Positions 22,701 to 45,673 of a stretch of 64,000 bases of DNA are shown here, piece after piece. This stretch comes from Podarcis cretensis (lineage: Eukaryota), in contig OX638152.1 of assembly GCA_951804945.1 (NCBI GenBank), forward strand, positions 39,122,001-39,186,000. The letters are read 5' to 3'. Position numbers and translations under genes: made by a program. Numbering within the stretch: the stretch's first letter is position 1; the number at the start of each line of letters is the position of its first letter. The notes under the pieces are model-generated. The model ran no database searches, was not told the origin of the DNA, and was given only the letters and a program-made list of their open reading frames with translations.

Positions 22701-25429
22701 CCCCCTTTTAAAAAAAGGTTTCTGCTGTAGCCCATAGAATTGGTTGTGCAGGGTTTGTGGTGCCTAAATATCCCCACAGTTCCAGGAAGGTTGGCAGCCC
22801 CTGTGAATGTAGTCCAAGCCCTCTTTCGTGAATAAAAGTTGTTGAATATGTTGCCATTTTCAGCCTGTGTAACTTTCAAAGAAGCAAACATATGCAACTA
22901 AACAGTTCCACTAGCGCAAGGAGTTTCCCCTCTCCCTGCATGCCTTATAAATATGCCCCAGGGAGATGAGAGCACCCCTACAACAGATTTAGGGAGCACC
23001 CAAGGAGAAAGCGGGAAGTTGCATGGCACAGCTAAAACTCCTTGCACTGGAGGAGTCTAACTCAGGGGTCAGCAAACTTTGTCAGCAGGGTCCTTCAGAC
23101 CTTGTGGGGGGTCAGACTATATTTTGGGGAAAAAATAAATGAACAAATTCCTATGCCCCACAAATAACCCAGAGATGCATTTTAAATAAAAGGACACATT
23201 CTACTCATGTAAAAACACGCTGATTCCCAGACCATCTGCAGGCCGAATTTAGAAGGCAGTTGGGCCAGATCCAGCCCCCAGGCCTTAGTTTCCCTACCCA
23301 TAGTCTAACTGGATATCACTCACGTTCCCAGATTTGCACAATGCTGCTGTGAATCTGGCTTCTGGTTGACAACATTTGCTGGGTAATTGTTGTTCATGAG
23401 ACAATTGAGTAATACTGCTTTTTTAAAAAGTTCATTTGAGAGCATATTTAAGCATGTGTGTTACACAGCTCTAAAATAAAATTTTAAAATATGTTTAGAG
23501 CAATAGAGCCAACATATTTAAACCACCCAAGAACTATGCTAAGTAATAACAGCCTCCCGAGGTACTGATAAAGTGCAGAAGGTACAAGACTGCAAATGTG
23601 CTTGCCATGTCAACTGGTGTTCATATTCCCTTGGACAGTCCTCATAGCACTTAAAGTGGCTTTATCTCCTGACCCTTTTTGTTTATGGTGGCGCAGTTGA
23701 TTAATGAGCTCGCAATAAACTAACTAATACTGGTCTCACATTAAGATTTTAGTTGGTTCCAGTTTGGGCGGATGGTTGATGCTTCATGCTGCAATTGCTC
23801 GTCCAGAGAAGGTGGCTGCACTAGTTGGAGTAGCTGCAGCGGCAGACTATCTAGTATCAACTTATCAACAGCTTCCTGTAGAGGTAAGGAGGAATAATAA
23901 GACTTTCCTGATCGAAATAGGCACTTTTTTCATGTAGAAGTAGTGTTCTGTCTTAAGAGTACACAGTGTATGTCAGACAGAAAAAGCACCACAGAAAACA
24001 ATTCTTCCAACTTTTGCAAGCCTCTTGAGGATTGTCAAATAAACACTTAACATTTTTAGGATGCCTTCGCTAATTTTTTAAGTAGCCCTCTTTTTTGTGC
24101 GTTTTACTTCACTACTTAAAAGGCTTTTGTTATTATAGGCAGCATCTGTGTAGAGAAATGTCACTTACATGACTGGACAACAACTGATTGGCCCTGTGGC
24201 ATTGACAGTACGGGGTCCTACAGGGTTCCATCGTGTCCCCCAGGCTCTTAAATGAGTGCTCTTTGGGGCAGAGCTTCAGCAGTAGCCTCCCTGGCAGGCG
24301 CATCACTGGCATTTTCTGTGACGGTGGATTTGACAGTGAGGTTGGGGTTCACAGGTATGTCAGCAGCAACGTTAGATTGGCTCTGCCGGTTTGTTTGTGT
24401 TGCCACAACTTTAGCATCAGCAATGCTGTTTCTGGGAGGTCTATTGCTGTGGCTCCACCCACTGAGCAAGGCTCTCCTAAGCTATTTAACACCTCTATAA
24501 AGCTGATGAATAACGTTATCTAAACCCTGTCTAAAAATCTGGGTTTGTTCACTTTCCAACTGTTGCAGATTGTAACTTGTTAACTTTCCCAACTAGATCA
24601 CAGTGGGAATTATTAAGAATAGATCTGGTCCTTTGCACCTTCACTTGAATATTCTGCTTTGAGTTTTATTTCTTCTGCTGGTGCTTGGTGTGACAAGACC
24701 TGAAAATGGTTTTTGGATGTATTGATAACTATGAAGAATCTTCATAGTGCATTGACAGCAGAATCAAGCTTTGTCCTTCCTAGTTTTTTGTAGCCCTTTT
24801 TCTTAACCAGTACACAACAACAGGTTGAGCTTGTAACAATTATTTACTTGATAAAATCACTACTTTACATGTGGCCTTTCCCAGCTGTGAAAAATATTTG
24901 TTTTGAAATTCCTCTCCTACTCTTGGTGTTCCTTTGATGATGCAAGTCCATAATTATGTGATGGCGAGGTGCTGATATCAGTTAACACTTGGAGAAACTC
25001 ACCTTAGGATGGAGAGTGACTTTCAGGCCCCGCCTTGTGAGTTTAGTTTGTAATAGATATACATATAGATAGATATATGTTTTTACTTCCTAGTTAAAAA
25101 AGGAAATTGAAGAAAAAGGTGAATGGAAGGTGCCAACCAAGCACAACGAAGAAGGGGTTTATTCTGTGCCATATGGACTCATCCAGGAAGCAGAAAATCA
25201 CTGTGTGTTAACTAGCCCTCTTCCCATAAAATGTCCTGTGAGGCTTATCCATGGCATAAAAGATGAGGATGTTCCGTGGGAGACTTCTATGAAGATTGCA
25301 GAACGCGTTGTTAGCACAGATGTGGATATTATTCTCCGCAAAGCTGGTCACCATCGGATGAAAGAGAAGGAAGATATCAAACTTATCATATACACAGTGG
25401 AAGACTTAATTGAGGAACTCAGCACTTAG
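19315..25429 (+). CDS. ABHD10: ABHD10, mitochondrial alpha/beta hydrolase (palmitoyl-protein thioesterase), 291 aa; join(19315-19420,22082-22265,22485-22596,23746-23883,25094-25429)
   Basis: 876-nt spliced ORF; Arg-rich N-terminus, [23 protein letters not shown], nucleophile motif [24 protein letters not shown]; matches human ABHD10 as recalled. Confidence 0.95.
19783..20253 (-). mobile_element. 5'-truncated L1-like LINE 3' end in ABHD10 intron 1
   Basis: Minus strand reads [25 protein letters not shown] (resembles lizard L1 ORF2 C-terminus) then an AT-rich 3'UTR; TSD AAACAGTAGCCAT at 19770 and 20254. Confidence 0.7.
20733..21108 (-). mobile_element. L2-clade LINE 3' fragment
   Basis: ORF 20830-21111 ([15 protein letters not shown]...[15 protein letters not shown]...[10 protein letters not shown]); same family as 29790. 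Confidence 0.88.
21390..21620. mobile_element. Tigger-like MITE nested in an older GATTTAAATC-rich DNA-transposon remnant (~21110-21720)
   Basis: CAGTCATACCTC / GAGGTACCACTG with TA; host remnant ends in AAATCCACCCTG. Confidence 0.75.
22082..22265 (+). CDS. ABHD10: ABHD10 exon 2
   Basis: gtttag acceptor, AAG|gtatgt donor; [20 protein letters not shown]...GHAFV. Confidence 0.94.
22485..22596 (+). CDS. ABHD10: ABHD10 exon 3
   Basis: ttcacag acceptor, CAG|gttgac donor; [11 protein letters not shown]...TQGPQ. Confidence 0.94.
23063..23302. mobile_element. hAT-type MITE (family of 4861-5114)
   Basis: Same ends and body; perfect 8-bp TSD GTCTAACT. Confidence 0.88.
23746..23883 (+). CDS. ABHD10: ABHD10 exon 4 (catalytic Ser, GSSLG)
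   Basis: attaag acceptor, GAG|gtaagg donor; [23 protein letters not shown]. Confidence 0.94.
25094..25429 (+). CDS. ABHD10: ABHD10 exon 5 (catalytic Asp/His, stop)
   Basis: ttcctag acceptor; [14 protein letters not shown]...EELST*. Confidence 0.95.
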   Translation, partial: LKKEIEEKGEWKVPTKHNEEGVYSVPYGLIQEAENHCVLTSPLPIKCPVRLIHGIKDEDVPWETSMKIAERVVSTDVDIILRKAGHHRMKEKEDIKLIIYTVEDLIEELST

Positions 25430-28400
25430 CATGAATTCCCTACTGAGAGAAGCAGAGGAAGTTTACATGGGCTCTGTTGCTCAGTCGGGGCAGCAGGACA
25501 TTTCAGAGGGTAACTGGTCAGCTAGATGCACTTGGAGCCCTACCATGGTTTCCTTGCTTAGTTTTCTTCTCTTTCTTGTAAATATTCTTAACGATGCATT
25601 TGCACAAATAATAATGTGAAGAAAATGCTGCTGTTTAAACCTTTCTGCTCAATGCAAATCACCACTGACCCTTTTATGCAACATACATTTCCTATATTTT
25701 TGTACCCAGGTATTTTTGTGCCAATGATTACTACTTGCAGTACGGTGTGACTTTTTCACCCTTTTGTACACCTTAAAAATAAATATGCATTGTAAAGTTT
25801 TCCCACTAGAGTTGTGAAATATAACTTGACAAGTCAAACTTTCTAGAAATGTACCTGAAATATATGTGCAATGTTTGTTATTTCTAGCATGAATGAATGC
25901 ACCTGGTTTTCATAGTGTAGAGAGAATGTAAGGAGAAAGCATGCTTAATATTGAATTATTTAAAATGGGTTTCAATTATTGATGTACTTCCTATAAAGGA
26001 TTTACATGCCACTGGAACTGTTCCTTATAATTTTTTAACTCAGTCACCAAAGGAAAAGCAAAAACAATTATCTTTCCACCAAAGAAGGAACATGTGTTGG
26101 GGGAATTTCACGTTCAGAAGCCTAAACACAATCGGAAATTACTGTGAATGGGTCTTGATTCCAGCTGTGTGTAGGGCCTAGTATTTAAGTGTGCTTTACA
26201 TGTAAACAAGTCAAAGAGTGCCGTTCCTTTTTGATAAACTTCCGTGGGTAGTCTGCCAAAGAAGATCAGATTTGTAATGTGGACTTTTGTGTAATTTCAC
26301 AAGCCTGATCTTGTGGTTGTCAATGCTTCCATTTGCCAGTGGTGAGGATCATCAGGCTTTCCAAAACAGAAGACCTGGTTTGCAAATAAAATTCTGTTAT
26401 AGGAATTGCTCTGTGTTAGTTATAAGATTGTTACTAGATAATACTGTTAGACATGTAGTCTTGAGGAAGCCATTCACCATTGAATCCTAAGGTTAACATT
26501 TCTCACAGTTCTTGGTTTTTGACTACACAACATATCCTTTCTTAGGTGAGGGGAAGCAGGTCTTTTATCATTCATTCCTAATAAAAAAACATTTTATATA
26601 AAGTTCATTATAATATTAAAAGATTTATACTTGAAGCCACATTTCTGCAGCAGAAAGGCCGTATTACTAGATCATGCAACTAAAGTTTCAAATGTGGGAT
26701 GTTGTAATTCTTGGTTATAATAGAAAACCTTAACGGTTGGTTCATGTTGCTAGTTATTGCAGGTAGAATTGCCCTGACCATATGGCATTTATTCAAAGGA
26801 TATGCTCCCTGTGCACACGGAGGGCCGCTTCATTGGATTCTAACCAGTGTGTGAAATGCAGAAAAGTAAAACTTACTGAATAATAGATGGAAAAAATAAG
26901 TTCTAAATTATGGTGTGGTTTTTTTGCAGCATTTAACCAGATCTTACATTAAGTTCTTACATGTGGAAACCCTGCCATCTCAGAAGGTGCTATTCCCACT
27001 GAGACTCTTCAGCAATTGGAGTTCAGTGGTACACCTTAAGGATTCGCAGCACAGCATTTCACATCTCTAGGGAGGAGGATGCCTTTAATTGCAAGGTTGC
27101 AAACGTAGTTTTTCAACTTGAGAATGTGATGCTACATGTCAACACAAGCTTGGGTGACCTGAGTTTGAACCTGTCGAATAACATAAGCATAAGTTTGTAG
27201 TGCACCTGTAGTTTTCTGGTTGACATTGTACCTTCCTGTAATCAAGAATATTGCATAAGTACATCTGAGGACATTTATTATTATTTCTGAGTACTTGATA
27301 TGAGAACTGTCGCTGATAATCTCTATATTTGACTACAGCCAGTTAATACTTCTGAGGTACAAGAAAAAGCCTTTTATCATAGCCCTTTATGCAATTGAAG
27401 AGTTGCCTTTTTCAGTTTGGGTAGATTTAGTATCAGCTCTTGATCTCTTCTATCTTGCTGTTGTGTATCTCCACAGCTACTTGTGCTGGTGAGAGGTTGG
27501 AGCATAGAAAACGGTCCCATACTATAGAAAGTCAGTGATAAAACAGTTATCTTAAATTTGTACTAAAAGAAATGCCATATATATGGAAGTGCATGTGTAG
27601 TAGAAACTTGTTTTAGGTGCTAGAAATTAATCCACCGAATGGGCTTTGAAAGGAATTAAATGACACTGCCTAAACTATAACCTGAATTGAACTGTAGTGA
27701 CAAAAAGTAGCTCTTTGTTAACATTCTTATGCAATTCAATACGTTTAATAATAAAAAAGAGATGCTGTTCTGAAGTGTGTTTTTATACAATATATGACAC
27801 TATCCAACAAGACAATTGAATGGCTTATCTATAAAGAGTTTTGAGTGGGATGTTTTACTCCTTAAGCAGCTAAACCACTGCAGGACTTTGTCCTCTGAAT
27901 TTCTTTCCTCCATGACTTACAACATGCTTACATTTTTCATAGTACTTTTTCTGGATTAGTCGAATAGCCGTGCTAAAATTTACTCTGGTGCAGACTGTAA
28001 AGGAGTGGAATGTCCTTCGTAGTGTATATGCAGTGCTCATGACTGGACCACTGAACCAATAGTAAGAAAAAGGTCAGCTGATCACTTAGTACGGGCCTGG
28101 AGTATGGCTGTGCTTTTCATACTTATCTTGGAAGCAAGTTCAGTGGCAAACTGAGGCAGCACTGGTTGCTTATTCCACTAAAAAATGTTACTGAGTAACC
28201 AAATCACCATGTTCCAAAGGTGTAGATCTAATCTTATCCTCCTGATAGTCTGTTGATTTTTGCTTGCCTATATATCAGTTCCTTCAGAAAATTCAGATCC
28301 TAAAGTGGTTTAGATTCTATATGCAGATTATCGGCAATAGTTTTTCCCTGCAGCTTTATAATCCGAATGACTATGGCAGGGAAAGGGGAGAGGACAGGGA

Positions 28401-29648
28401 AGCAAAATTGGACAATAATTTTTCATAAAGCTACATAAATGTTTGTTGAAAAGGTGCAAGAGATAATTCTAGGAGTGAAGAAACCAGCTGGCATTTCATT
28501 CCAGCGAAGATGAGAGTGGACATGGTCAAAGCTTACTGCAGTCAATAACTGCTGAATATATTCTTTTCTTCATTAGAAATAAAGCTTGAAATTCAAAATG
28601 CATTTTGAATTAACATGACTTTTAAGAATCCTTGTGTAGTGATCACAGTGTTGTGCAGTAGCTAAAAATGTGATACTTAACATCTATGAGTCAGTCTTTG
28701 GAGGAAGCTGCTACCTCACAATCATATCCTTATCTAAATTAGTGGCATAATACTAGCTTGCTTTACTTTGTATTAGTGAGAGAGGAATGTGAGATCCCTG
28801 TTGGACTTCATCAAAGGCCCATTGAATTCAGCATCCTTTTCTCTACTGTGGCCAACCAGTTGCCTGAGAAATACACATAAACAGGAAATGAGGGCAATGT
28901 ATATGGAGCATGTAAAAGCTGTTGGTTAAACCCAATTATTACAGTCTTTTGACCCAGGATCAGACATGCTGTGAAACAGTAGTTTCAAGAAGCAGAAGCA
29001 AAAAGGAGTGTGATGCCTTCTTTTCAGTCATTAAAACAGCTGGAATGAAACTGATGCTGTTTTGACCTCATCTCAGATGTCATCATGTCCAAAGCTATAG
29101 TTCCTTCTGCTGTGCGATTTGAAAAGTTGGCCATTACTGTCTTGTTTTAGGACATCTTTACTTAAAATAGAAATGAATTATCTGTTTGAATTTTTTTTTC
29201 TACATCTGAGCAAAGGAAGATGACTTTAAGGGCAGACATTTCTCTTCTCACAACTGCAGTGTTAAATTTCTTTTAACATTCATGGTCAATAAAGACAATC
29301 CTGTTCTAATTGCCAGGTTTCAATTAATTTGAAATGCCTCTTGCTGTGGCAGGTTTGATTAGGTTTGTAGTGCTAAAACTCTTCATTATTGTTCCCGCCT
29401 ACAGATTTGTCTGGGAAATAAAACAGCCCCAGCTGTCATGAATGAAATAAGCTGGGAACGTGTATGGGGAAATGGGTGGAATTTGATTTGAACAGTTAGA
29501 AGGCTGATTGAGATGCAATGGATATTTCATAGATGCTCAGCTCAGTTTCTATATTCTGCCACAACTAGCCATGTTCTCATTGTACTGCTTTTATTGTTTT
29601 AAAATTTGGAATTTAATAGTTCTTATTTTAAACATAGTATTCTCATAT

Positions 29649-30503
29649 TGATGACACCAAACTCAGCGGAGTAGCCACTGCCGCTGGAGACAGAAACAGC
29701 ATTCAGGTTGACCCAAACAGATTGGAGAACTGGGCCAAAACTAACAAAATGAATTTCAGTAGTGACAAATGAAAGGTTTTACACTTAGGTTATCTCCCGC
29801 TTGGACTACTGCAATGCACTCTATGTGGGGCTACCTTTGAAGGTGACCCGGAAACTACAACTAATCCAGAACGCAGCAGCCAGACTGGTGACAGGGAGCG
29901 GCCGCCAAGACCATATAACACCGGTCTTGAAAGACCTACATTGGCTCCCAGTACGTTTCCGAGCACAATTCAAAGTGTTGGTGCTGACCTTTAAAGCCCT
30001 AAACGGCCTCGGTCCAGTATACCTGAAGGAGCGTCTCCACCCCCATCGTTCTACCCGGACACTGAGGTCCAGCACCGAGGGCCTTCTGGCAGTTCCCTCA
30101 CTGCGAGAAGCCAAGTTACAGGGAACCAGACAGAGGGCCTTCTCGGTAGTGGCGCCCTCCCTGTGGAATGCCCTCCCACCAGATGTCAAAGAGAACAACA
30201 ACTACCAGACTTTTAGAAGACATCTGAAGGCAGCCCTGTTTAGGGATGCTTTTAATGTTTGATGTATCATAGTATTTTAATATTCTTTTGGAAGCCGCCC
30301 AGAGTGGCTGGGGAGGCCCAGCCAGATGGGCGGGGTATAAATAATAAATTATTATTATTATTATTATTATTTATTATTCCAGTAGTACATTTGAAAAGGA
30401 TCTAGTGATCTTAGTAGATCACAAACTAATGATGCAGCAGCAAAAAAAGAAGCCAATGCTATTCTAGGCTGCATCAGCCTAGTTTCCCAATCAAGGGATG
30501 TAA
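29649..30503 (+). mobile_element. Decayed CR1 RT fragment split by the L2 insertion
   Basis: DDTKLSGVA...RLENWAKTNKMNF...VLHLG left of 29790; EKDLVILVDHKL...ANAILGCI right of 30380. Confidence 0.75.
29790..30378 (+). mobile_element. Young L2-clade LINE 3' end with (ATT)n tail
   Basis: Open 153-aa frame DYCNALYVGLP...LQLIQNAAARLV...LHWLPV...FKVLVLTFKALNG typical of the L2 ORF2 C-terminus. Confidence 0.9.
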
Positions 30504-32171
30504 TTTTGATGGACTGAGCTGATTTTGTTCTGCTGTTAAAATGCTGCCAAAGCTTCCAGTGACACTTATGGGGCATTTGTTTTTTGTTTTGTTTTTTTTT
30601 ATTTTTTTGTGTGTGTGGTGTTTGAGAATTTTAGTATTTAATATTAATTTCATTGGTATAATATACATACACTTATGCTTTTATATGTAAATTGCTTGTA
30701 GACCATGGAAGGTAACAAGCAACTAATAAATCTAAGAAATAAATCTAGGTGCCTGATGAAATCAGTCATGCAGATATTCATAGCTTTGTCTGGTAGCTGA
30801 GAGTTCTGCACACGTGAGGGGCATCTGGGCTCCGTCTTTGTTGTTCAACGGCTGTCTGCTGTACCATATGGCAACCCCTTTCTGAAACTGAGGAGACTTG
30901 CAAAAGCAGCTCATGATTGGGCATGGATCTGCCTGCTGTTCAAAGAAACAATGGCAGTCAGAAAGCCTTAAAACCATGCCCAGGCCACAGGGTGTATTTA
31001 ATGGGGCTCTTTGAAGCAAAACCCATATTTTGAATTTACTGTGTTGATTTTAGCAGAGTGTGAAGCAGTAACATTTTTCATTTCCCTTGATTTACACATC
31101 CAAGTCCCCACTGGGTTTTTCTCTTTAAGATACTAGATCACTGTAATGCCTGCTCAGTTTCCAAGGGAAGAAGGAGGAATCACCAGCTGGACCACATGAC
31201 CTCTTACCATGTCCTTTGGAAGACTGGGGAGAAGGCTGGTTGCTGACTCATGGTACCACAATCAATATGGGGAAATAGGTGGTGGTCTTTGTTTTTCAGG
31301 CATCAGCTTGCAACTGTCTCGTTTTCTTGTCTATGCAGCTTTATGCTGTAGCAGCTTATATAATCAGGTGGCCCTTGTGAATTTGAGACCAATGCATTCA
31401 GGGTTCAAGTGTGCCAGTTTACTTCTGTGTATATTGGCCATGTGTATTTATCGGTGTCATTTTCCACCATATTTTCTCCTACATTTTAAGATGCTCCCCC
31501 CCCCCCAAAAAAAAAATAGGAGTAAAATATTTATCATTTCAAAAGCCTGGTTTTTTTGTTTTGTTTTGTTTTGTTTTAACTCACTCTAACCTTAGGAATT
31601 GTACAACTGCTATTCATAGCACCTCCGGGGGGTGGGGGGGTGGGTTCCCAGATCTTGACCTGCTTCCTGCCCTGTAATTTCTATGCTAATTCTGCCTACA
31701 TAATTTCCTGTGACCTGGTGACATTCACTATTCCATCCTGCCTTTGTATTAAAGAAGACACAGTTCTTGAAAGCGCATGTGATGTGATATCATCAATGGG
31801 TTTCAAAGATGCATATTTGACTGTGGGCACTAAGATGTCTGAACAATCCTTCTGGTCTTACTGAAAAACTCTTGACATGAACGGCTTGTCTGAAGCCCAG
31901 TTTTTCAATAAAACTATATTGGACTATATTGCATCTGTTGTTTGCGCTGTCTCCATCTGTCTACTAAGCAGAAAATAGTGCCCATTGTGTACCCATGGAA
32001 ACAGTTTTCAATGGCTGATTTTGATTATGCACTGCATGAGGAAAGAGTGACTATGAAATAAGCACATGCTAACTGTAAAACATACCGTGCTTATCTACAT
32101 TAGAGTACAATTTTTTGTGTGCATTGCCAGAATCGTTTAATTTTTATTCAAGTAGAATAAAAATAAAAATA

Positions 32172-32410
32172 GAGAAAGCCAGTGTGGTGTAGTGGTTCAG
32201 AGCGGTAGTCTCGTAATCTGGGGAACCGGGTTTGCGTCTCCGCTCCTTCACATGCAGCTGCTGGGTGACCTTGGGCCAGTCACACTTCTTTGAAGTCTCT
32301 CAGCCCCACTCACTTCACAGAGTGTTTGTTGTGGGGGAAGAAGGGAAAGGAGAATGTTGGCCGCTTTGAGACTCCTTCGGGTAGTGATAAAGCGGGATAT
32401 CAAATCCAAG
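32172..32410 (+). mobile_element. MIR/Ther1-derived CORE SINE (Squam3-like)
   Basis: GCCAGTGTGGTGTAGTGGTT head, GCTGGGTGACCTTGGGCCAGTCAC core, L2-like tail. Confidence 0.75.
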
Positions 32411-32759
32411 TATGCCAGAATTCAGAATTCTTCTTTTCTGCCCCTGTCACCAATATACAGCCACATATATAAAAGTCACGTTCCGTTTCCTTCTTCTTTT
32501 TTAAAGTACATATTCAGTATGTCTGGCCTTGGGAGGAAAAGAAAGTAGCATTTCAGCTTGGAACATTGATTTGCAGAGGCGCCACACTCCACTTAGCATT
32601 GGCACTGGTTAAAGAACTACAAATCTCATCATCCCTGGCTATTGGCCCTGCTTCCTGCAGCTGCCTGGAGTTAATAATTCAGAACTTTTGGAGGGCCAAA
32701 GGTCCTCCACACCTGCTATAGAGCCCTCCCCACCAAGAGAGAGAGTGCTCTTTCCTTGA

Positions 32760-32920
32760 ACATAGGAAACTGCCTTACACTGAGTCTGACCACTGGTCCA
32801 TCTAGCCCAGTATTGTCTACACAGAGAGCACGTGGCTCTCTAGTGTTTTAGGCCCTACCTGGACATGGCAAGGATTGAACTTATTGCATGCAAGGAACTC
32901 TACCACTGAGGTGTGGCCCT
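32760..32920 (-). mobile_element. tRNA-headed SINE with CR1-like tail
   Basis: cataggaaactgccttacactgagtc...ggattgaac...taccactgag; same family as 63170. Confidence 0.65.
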
Positions 32921-34202
32921 TCCAAATGCATATAGTAAGTATTTTTATTTTTCTATTAAATTTGTATACCACCCTTCACCCAAAGATCACAGGGCAGTTC
33001 ACAACATAAAAGATAAGGTGACGGCTATTCATTTGTTGACTACAATCCTTACAGTGTGACTCATCCTGTTGGAAGTGGATCTGAAGTGACAAAGGACAAA
33101 TAACCTTCCACTGCCATGTTCTAGAGTTGTATGAATTAATTCAAAGGAAATGCAGTGCATTAAAATCCCTTTTGTATTACAGGGATACTAGAATAATAGA
33201 CCCTCTTCATAGCTTTCTTTTCCAGAACAAAAAAAATGATTTTTATCAGTATATGCAACCTAGCTGTTTGTACACGATTGAGGCCTCATTTCTTTATCAC
33301 GAACAGCATGCTGTGTGTGCAGTAGGGTGAGCTCTAAGAGAGCTGAGTTACATAAGAAAATTTTTCAGGCGACTTATTTAAAAATAAATACATACCAGTA
33401 CACAATATGAAAATCTTGCAGGGAAATGAGGTCACCCACTGAATTTTTCATGTATTCAAGTCAAGCCAGGAGAGTCTGAGAATTATATAAGCCAGAGAGC
33501 TCACGTCTTGAGTATCTGAACAGTCGGGAATGTATGGAACAGGCTTGGCTGCAAATCTGAAAAGATGAAACATAGAATGACTATATATGAAATACATGAC
33601 AGCAGTTCTCTCAAGCGGCATGAAAAGGGAGAAGGAAACATGATCAGCATACTCATGTGACGAACCTTTTGCTGGACTCAGGACCAGCCCTACCATTAGG
33701 CAGAGTGAGACAGCTGAGTCATCTCAATGGCAAATAACTGTGTTTGTGTAGAAGTGGAAACCCCCAACCATTTCTCCTGAAGATGCTGACGTTTTCCTTC
33801 TGTTGAAGGACAGAGTTTCAGTTGCCAAGTTGGTGGGCTTCTGTAATTGAAAAGGAGGTGCTGTCTTGTCCTTCGCTTCAGGACTGGATATCTGAATGCT
33901 TTCCCCATATGCAAGGGAGGAAAACACACTCACATACCTACAAAATGGATGTTGTGGGGAAGAATTCTCCCTTTGCTAATTTTGCATGGCGGGAGCTTTC
34001 AAAACATATAGAGGAGCCTTCAAAGCATCATTCCCCAAGCTTTCGTCTGAACCAGTACAAGCAAACATTTTGGTGTGAAGTTGGTGTGATGCCTGCAATG
34101 CAAGCAATAGAATGAGATCCTCTGGTCTAAGTTAAGCAGGCACAACCCATGGTGGTGTCAAAGGCCATTGAATAATCAGCTGGTACTATAGATAAGCTAA
34201 AA

Positions 34203-34558
34203 GGGATGCGGGTGGCACTGTGGGTTAAACCACAGAGCCTAGGACTTGCTGATCAGAAGGTCGGCGGTTCGAATCCCCGCAACGGGGTGAGCTCCCGTTG
34301 CTTGGTCCCTGCTCCTGCCAACCTAGCAGTTCGAAAGCACGTCAAAGTGCAAGTAGATAAATAGGTACCGCTCCAGCGGGAAGGTAAACGACGTTTCCGT
34401 GCGTTGCTCTGTTTAATCAGAAGTGGCTTAGTCATGCTGGCCACATGACCCGGAAGCTGTATGCCGGCTCCCTCAGCCTATAGAGCGAGATGAGCGCCGC
34501 AACCCCAGAGTCGGTCATGACTGGACCTAATGGTCAGGGGTCTCTTTACTTTTACCTT
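34203..34558 (+). mobile_element. Sauria SINE (subfamily B)
   Basis: Full head and ACCTTT tail; 14-bp TSD TACTATAGATAAGC at 34184 and 34559. Confidence 0.93.
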
Positions 34559-35369
34559 TACTATAGATAAGCAGGACTGAGGTGGTCACCTCAGGTTAGG
34601 TATAATGAAAGGCGAAGAAATTGCTAGCTATTTAATTTACTATTATCATACCATTACATTTGCAGACAGAGATGCTGGTGGGCTTTTCTTCCTCAGCTGC
34701 CAAGACACTTGTCCATTTGATGTCCTGGCCTTCAGTGCAGTGCATCTTGCCTTCAGGGTTGGAGTGCCATTTGCTGTCTCAGCTCAGGCAGCAAAGCATC
34801 TTGGGCTGGTCCTGAACAGCTGCTGTTGCAACCCACCATGCACCTTTGCTTGCTACCCACAGCTCTGCATATGACAAAGCTTGCTTAGTCAGAACTGGAA
34901 AAGTTCTAGACTTTTGAAGAATGTGGAATATTCTGTCCGGCACTGCATTGCAGGGAATTGGGGTGGAGGATGGGGAACTCTGTCCTCCTCTGAGATGGCA
35001 TTTAGCAGCTTAGCTTTCTTATTTCCATTCAAGCAGATTAAAATAGTCACTTTCTTTGAATTTACACTGGTGATTTTTGCTGTTTATTGACAATACGTCT
35101 TTGCTGCTGTTTTACGGGCTCTGTTCCATGCATTTTCTGCAGGTTTGTCTTGGGTTTAAAGAAGCCAGCACCGAACGGATGTAATCGGGAGAGTATTTTT
35201 AATAGCAATCTTCCTGGGCACCATGACAACGGCTGCAGCATAAGAACGTAGAAGTGAGTACCAAAGCCTAGAATACAAGGAGTGACAGCAGCAGAAGTGT
35301 GTGCAGAGGAGCAGGCTGCAGAGGATTGAGATGAATAGGGATCCTTTACTGGCCATGACAGAATAGGAG

Positions 35370-35630
35370 GGCCTCTTTAATAGCTCTTAGCAACGCCCCT
35401 GCTTTGACCCTCCTCATCTGTGAGGAAAATCAAATCAATACAGCCTTCTTCAGATCACGATGCTCCCACAGCAGCAGTTCCAGGAGCAGCAGAGCATCGC
35501 AGCAGCCTTTGACTCTTCATAAATTTTACCAACATTTCTTGCTTCGATGGTCTCCGCATTTCTGGACCCAGATCACTGCTGAAAATCACCAGATCACCTG
35601 CGTCACTGAAAGTCTATTCCAAGTTGTCCT
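35370..35630 (+). promoter_or_regulatory. TAGLN3: Possible TAGLN3 promoter and non-coding first exon
   Basis: Repeat-free segment, TATA-like TTTAATA near 35377, candidate donor CCT|gtaata at 35631; the ATG exon has an acceptor so an upstream exon is expected; limits uncertain. Confidence 0.3.
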
Positions 35631-35944
35631 GTAATAGACCTTTTTTTTTTTTGGCCTTCTTTTTGCTTTTAATTCCTTTGGATTTGCTGGCAATTGCAAT
35701 GTTAATATGAAATGCTTACATCTCTTCCTAGCAACGACAGAAATTTCACTTGCAGCCGAAATGTCAGCTTTGATGATTTCATGCAAGCACACACAAACCC
35801 TTTACTGGCATCACAATTTATGAGGCTTTTGATTTTGATTTTTTTTTGTAATGCATTTGGGATTGTGTAGTAATCCCTTTCCAGGATGTTCAGAATAGAT
35901 GCTGGGTAATAGATGCTCAGCGCTTTGCACCTCTTGCAAATTAA

Positions 35945-45673
<9,729 letters not shown>

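Noticed and set aside
24185-24260. [15 protein letters not shown] resembling an RT motif (GVPQGS)
   Set aside because: Tiny decayed LINE remnant at best; too short to delimit or classify.
24934-24980. C/D box snoRNA (TGATGA...CTGA) in ABHD10 intron 4
   Set aside because: Only about 40 nt between boxes, imperfect C box and no terminal stem.
29801-30262. 153-aa ORF as a host gene
   Set aside because: L2 ORF2 C-terminus followed by the element's 3'UTR and tail, with a second copy at 20733-21108.
35160-35185. REST/RE1 site upstream of neuronal TAGLN3 (CAGCACC)
   Set aside because: Left half only; no GGACAG at canonical spacing. The GGACAGCGC in Sauria subfamily A is likewise a lone half-site.
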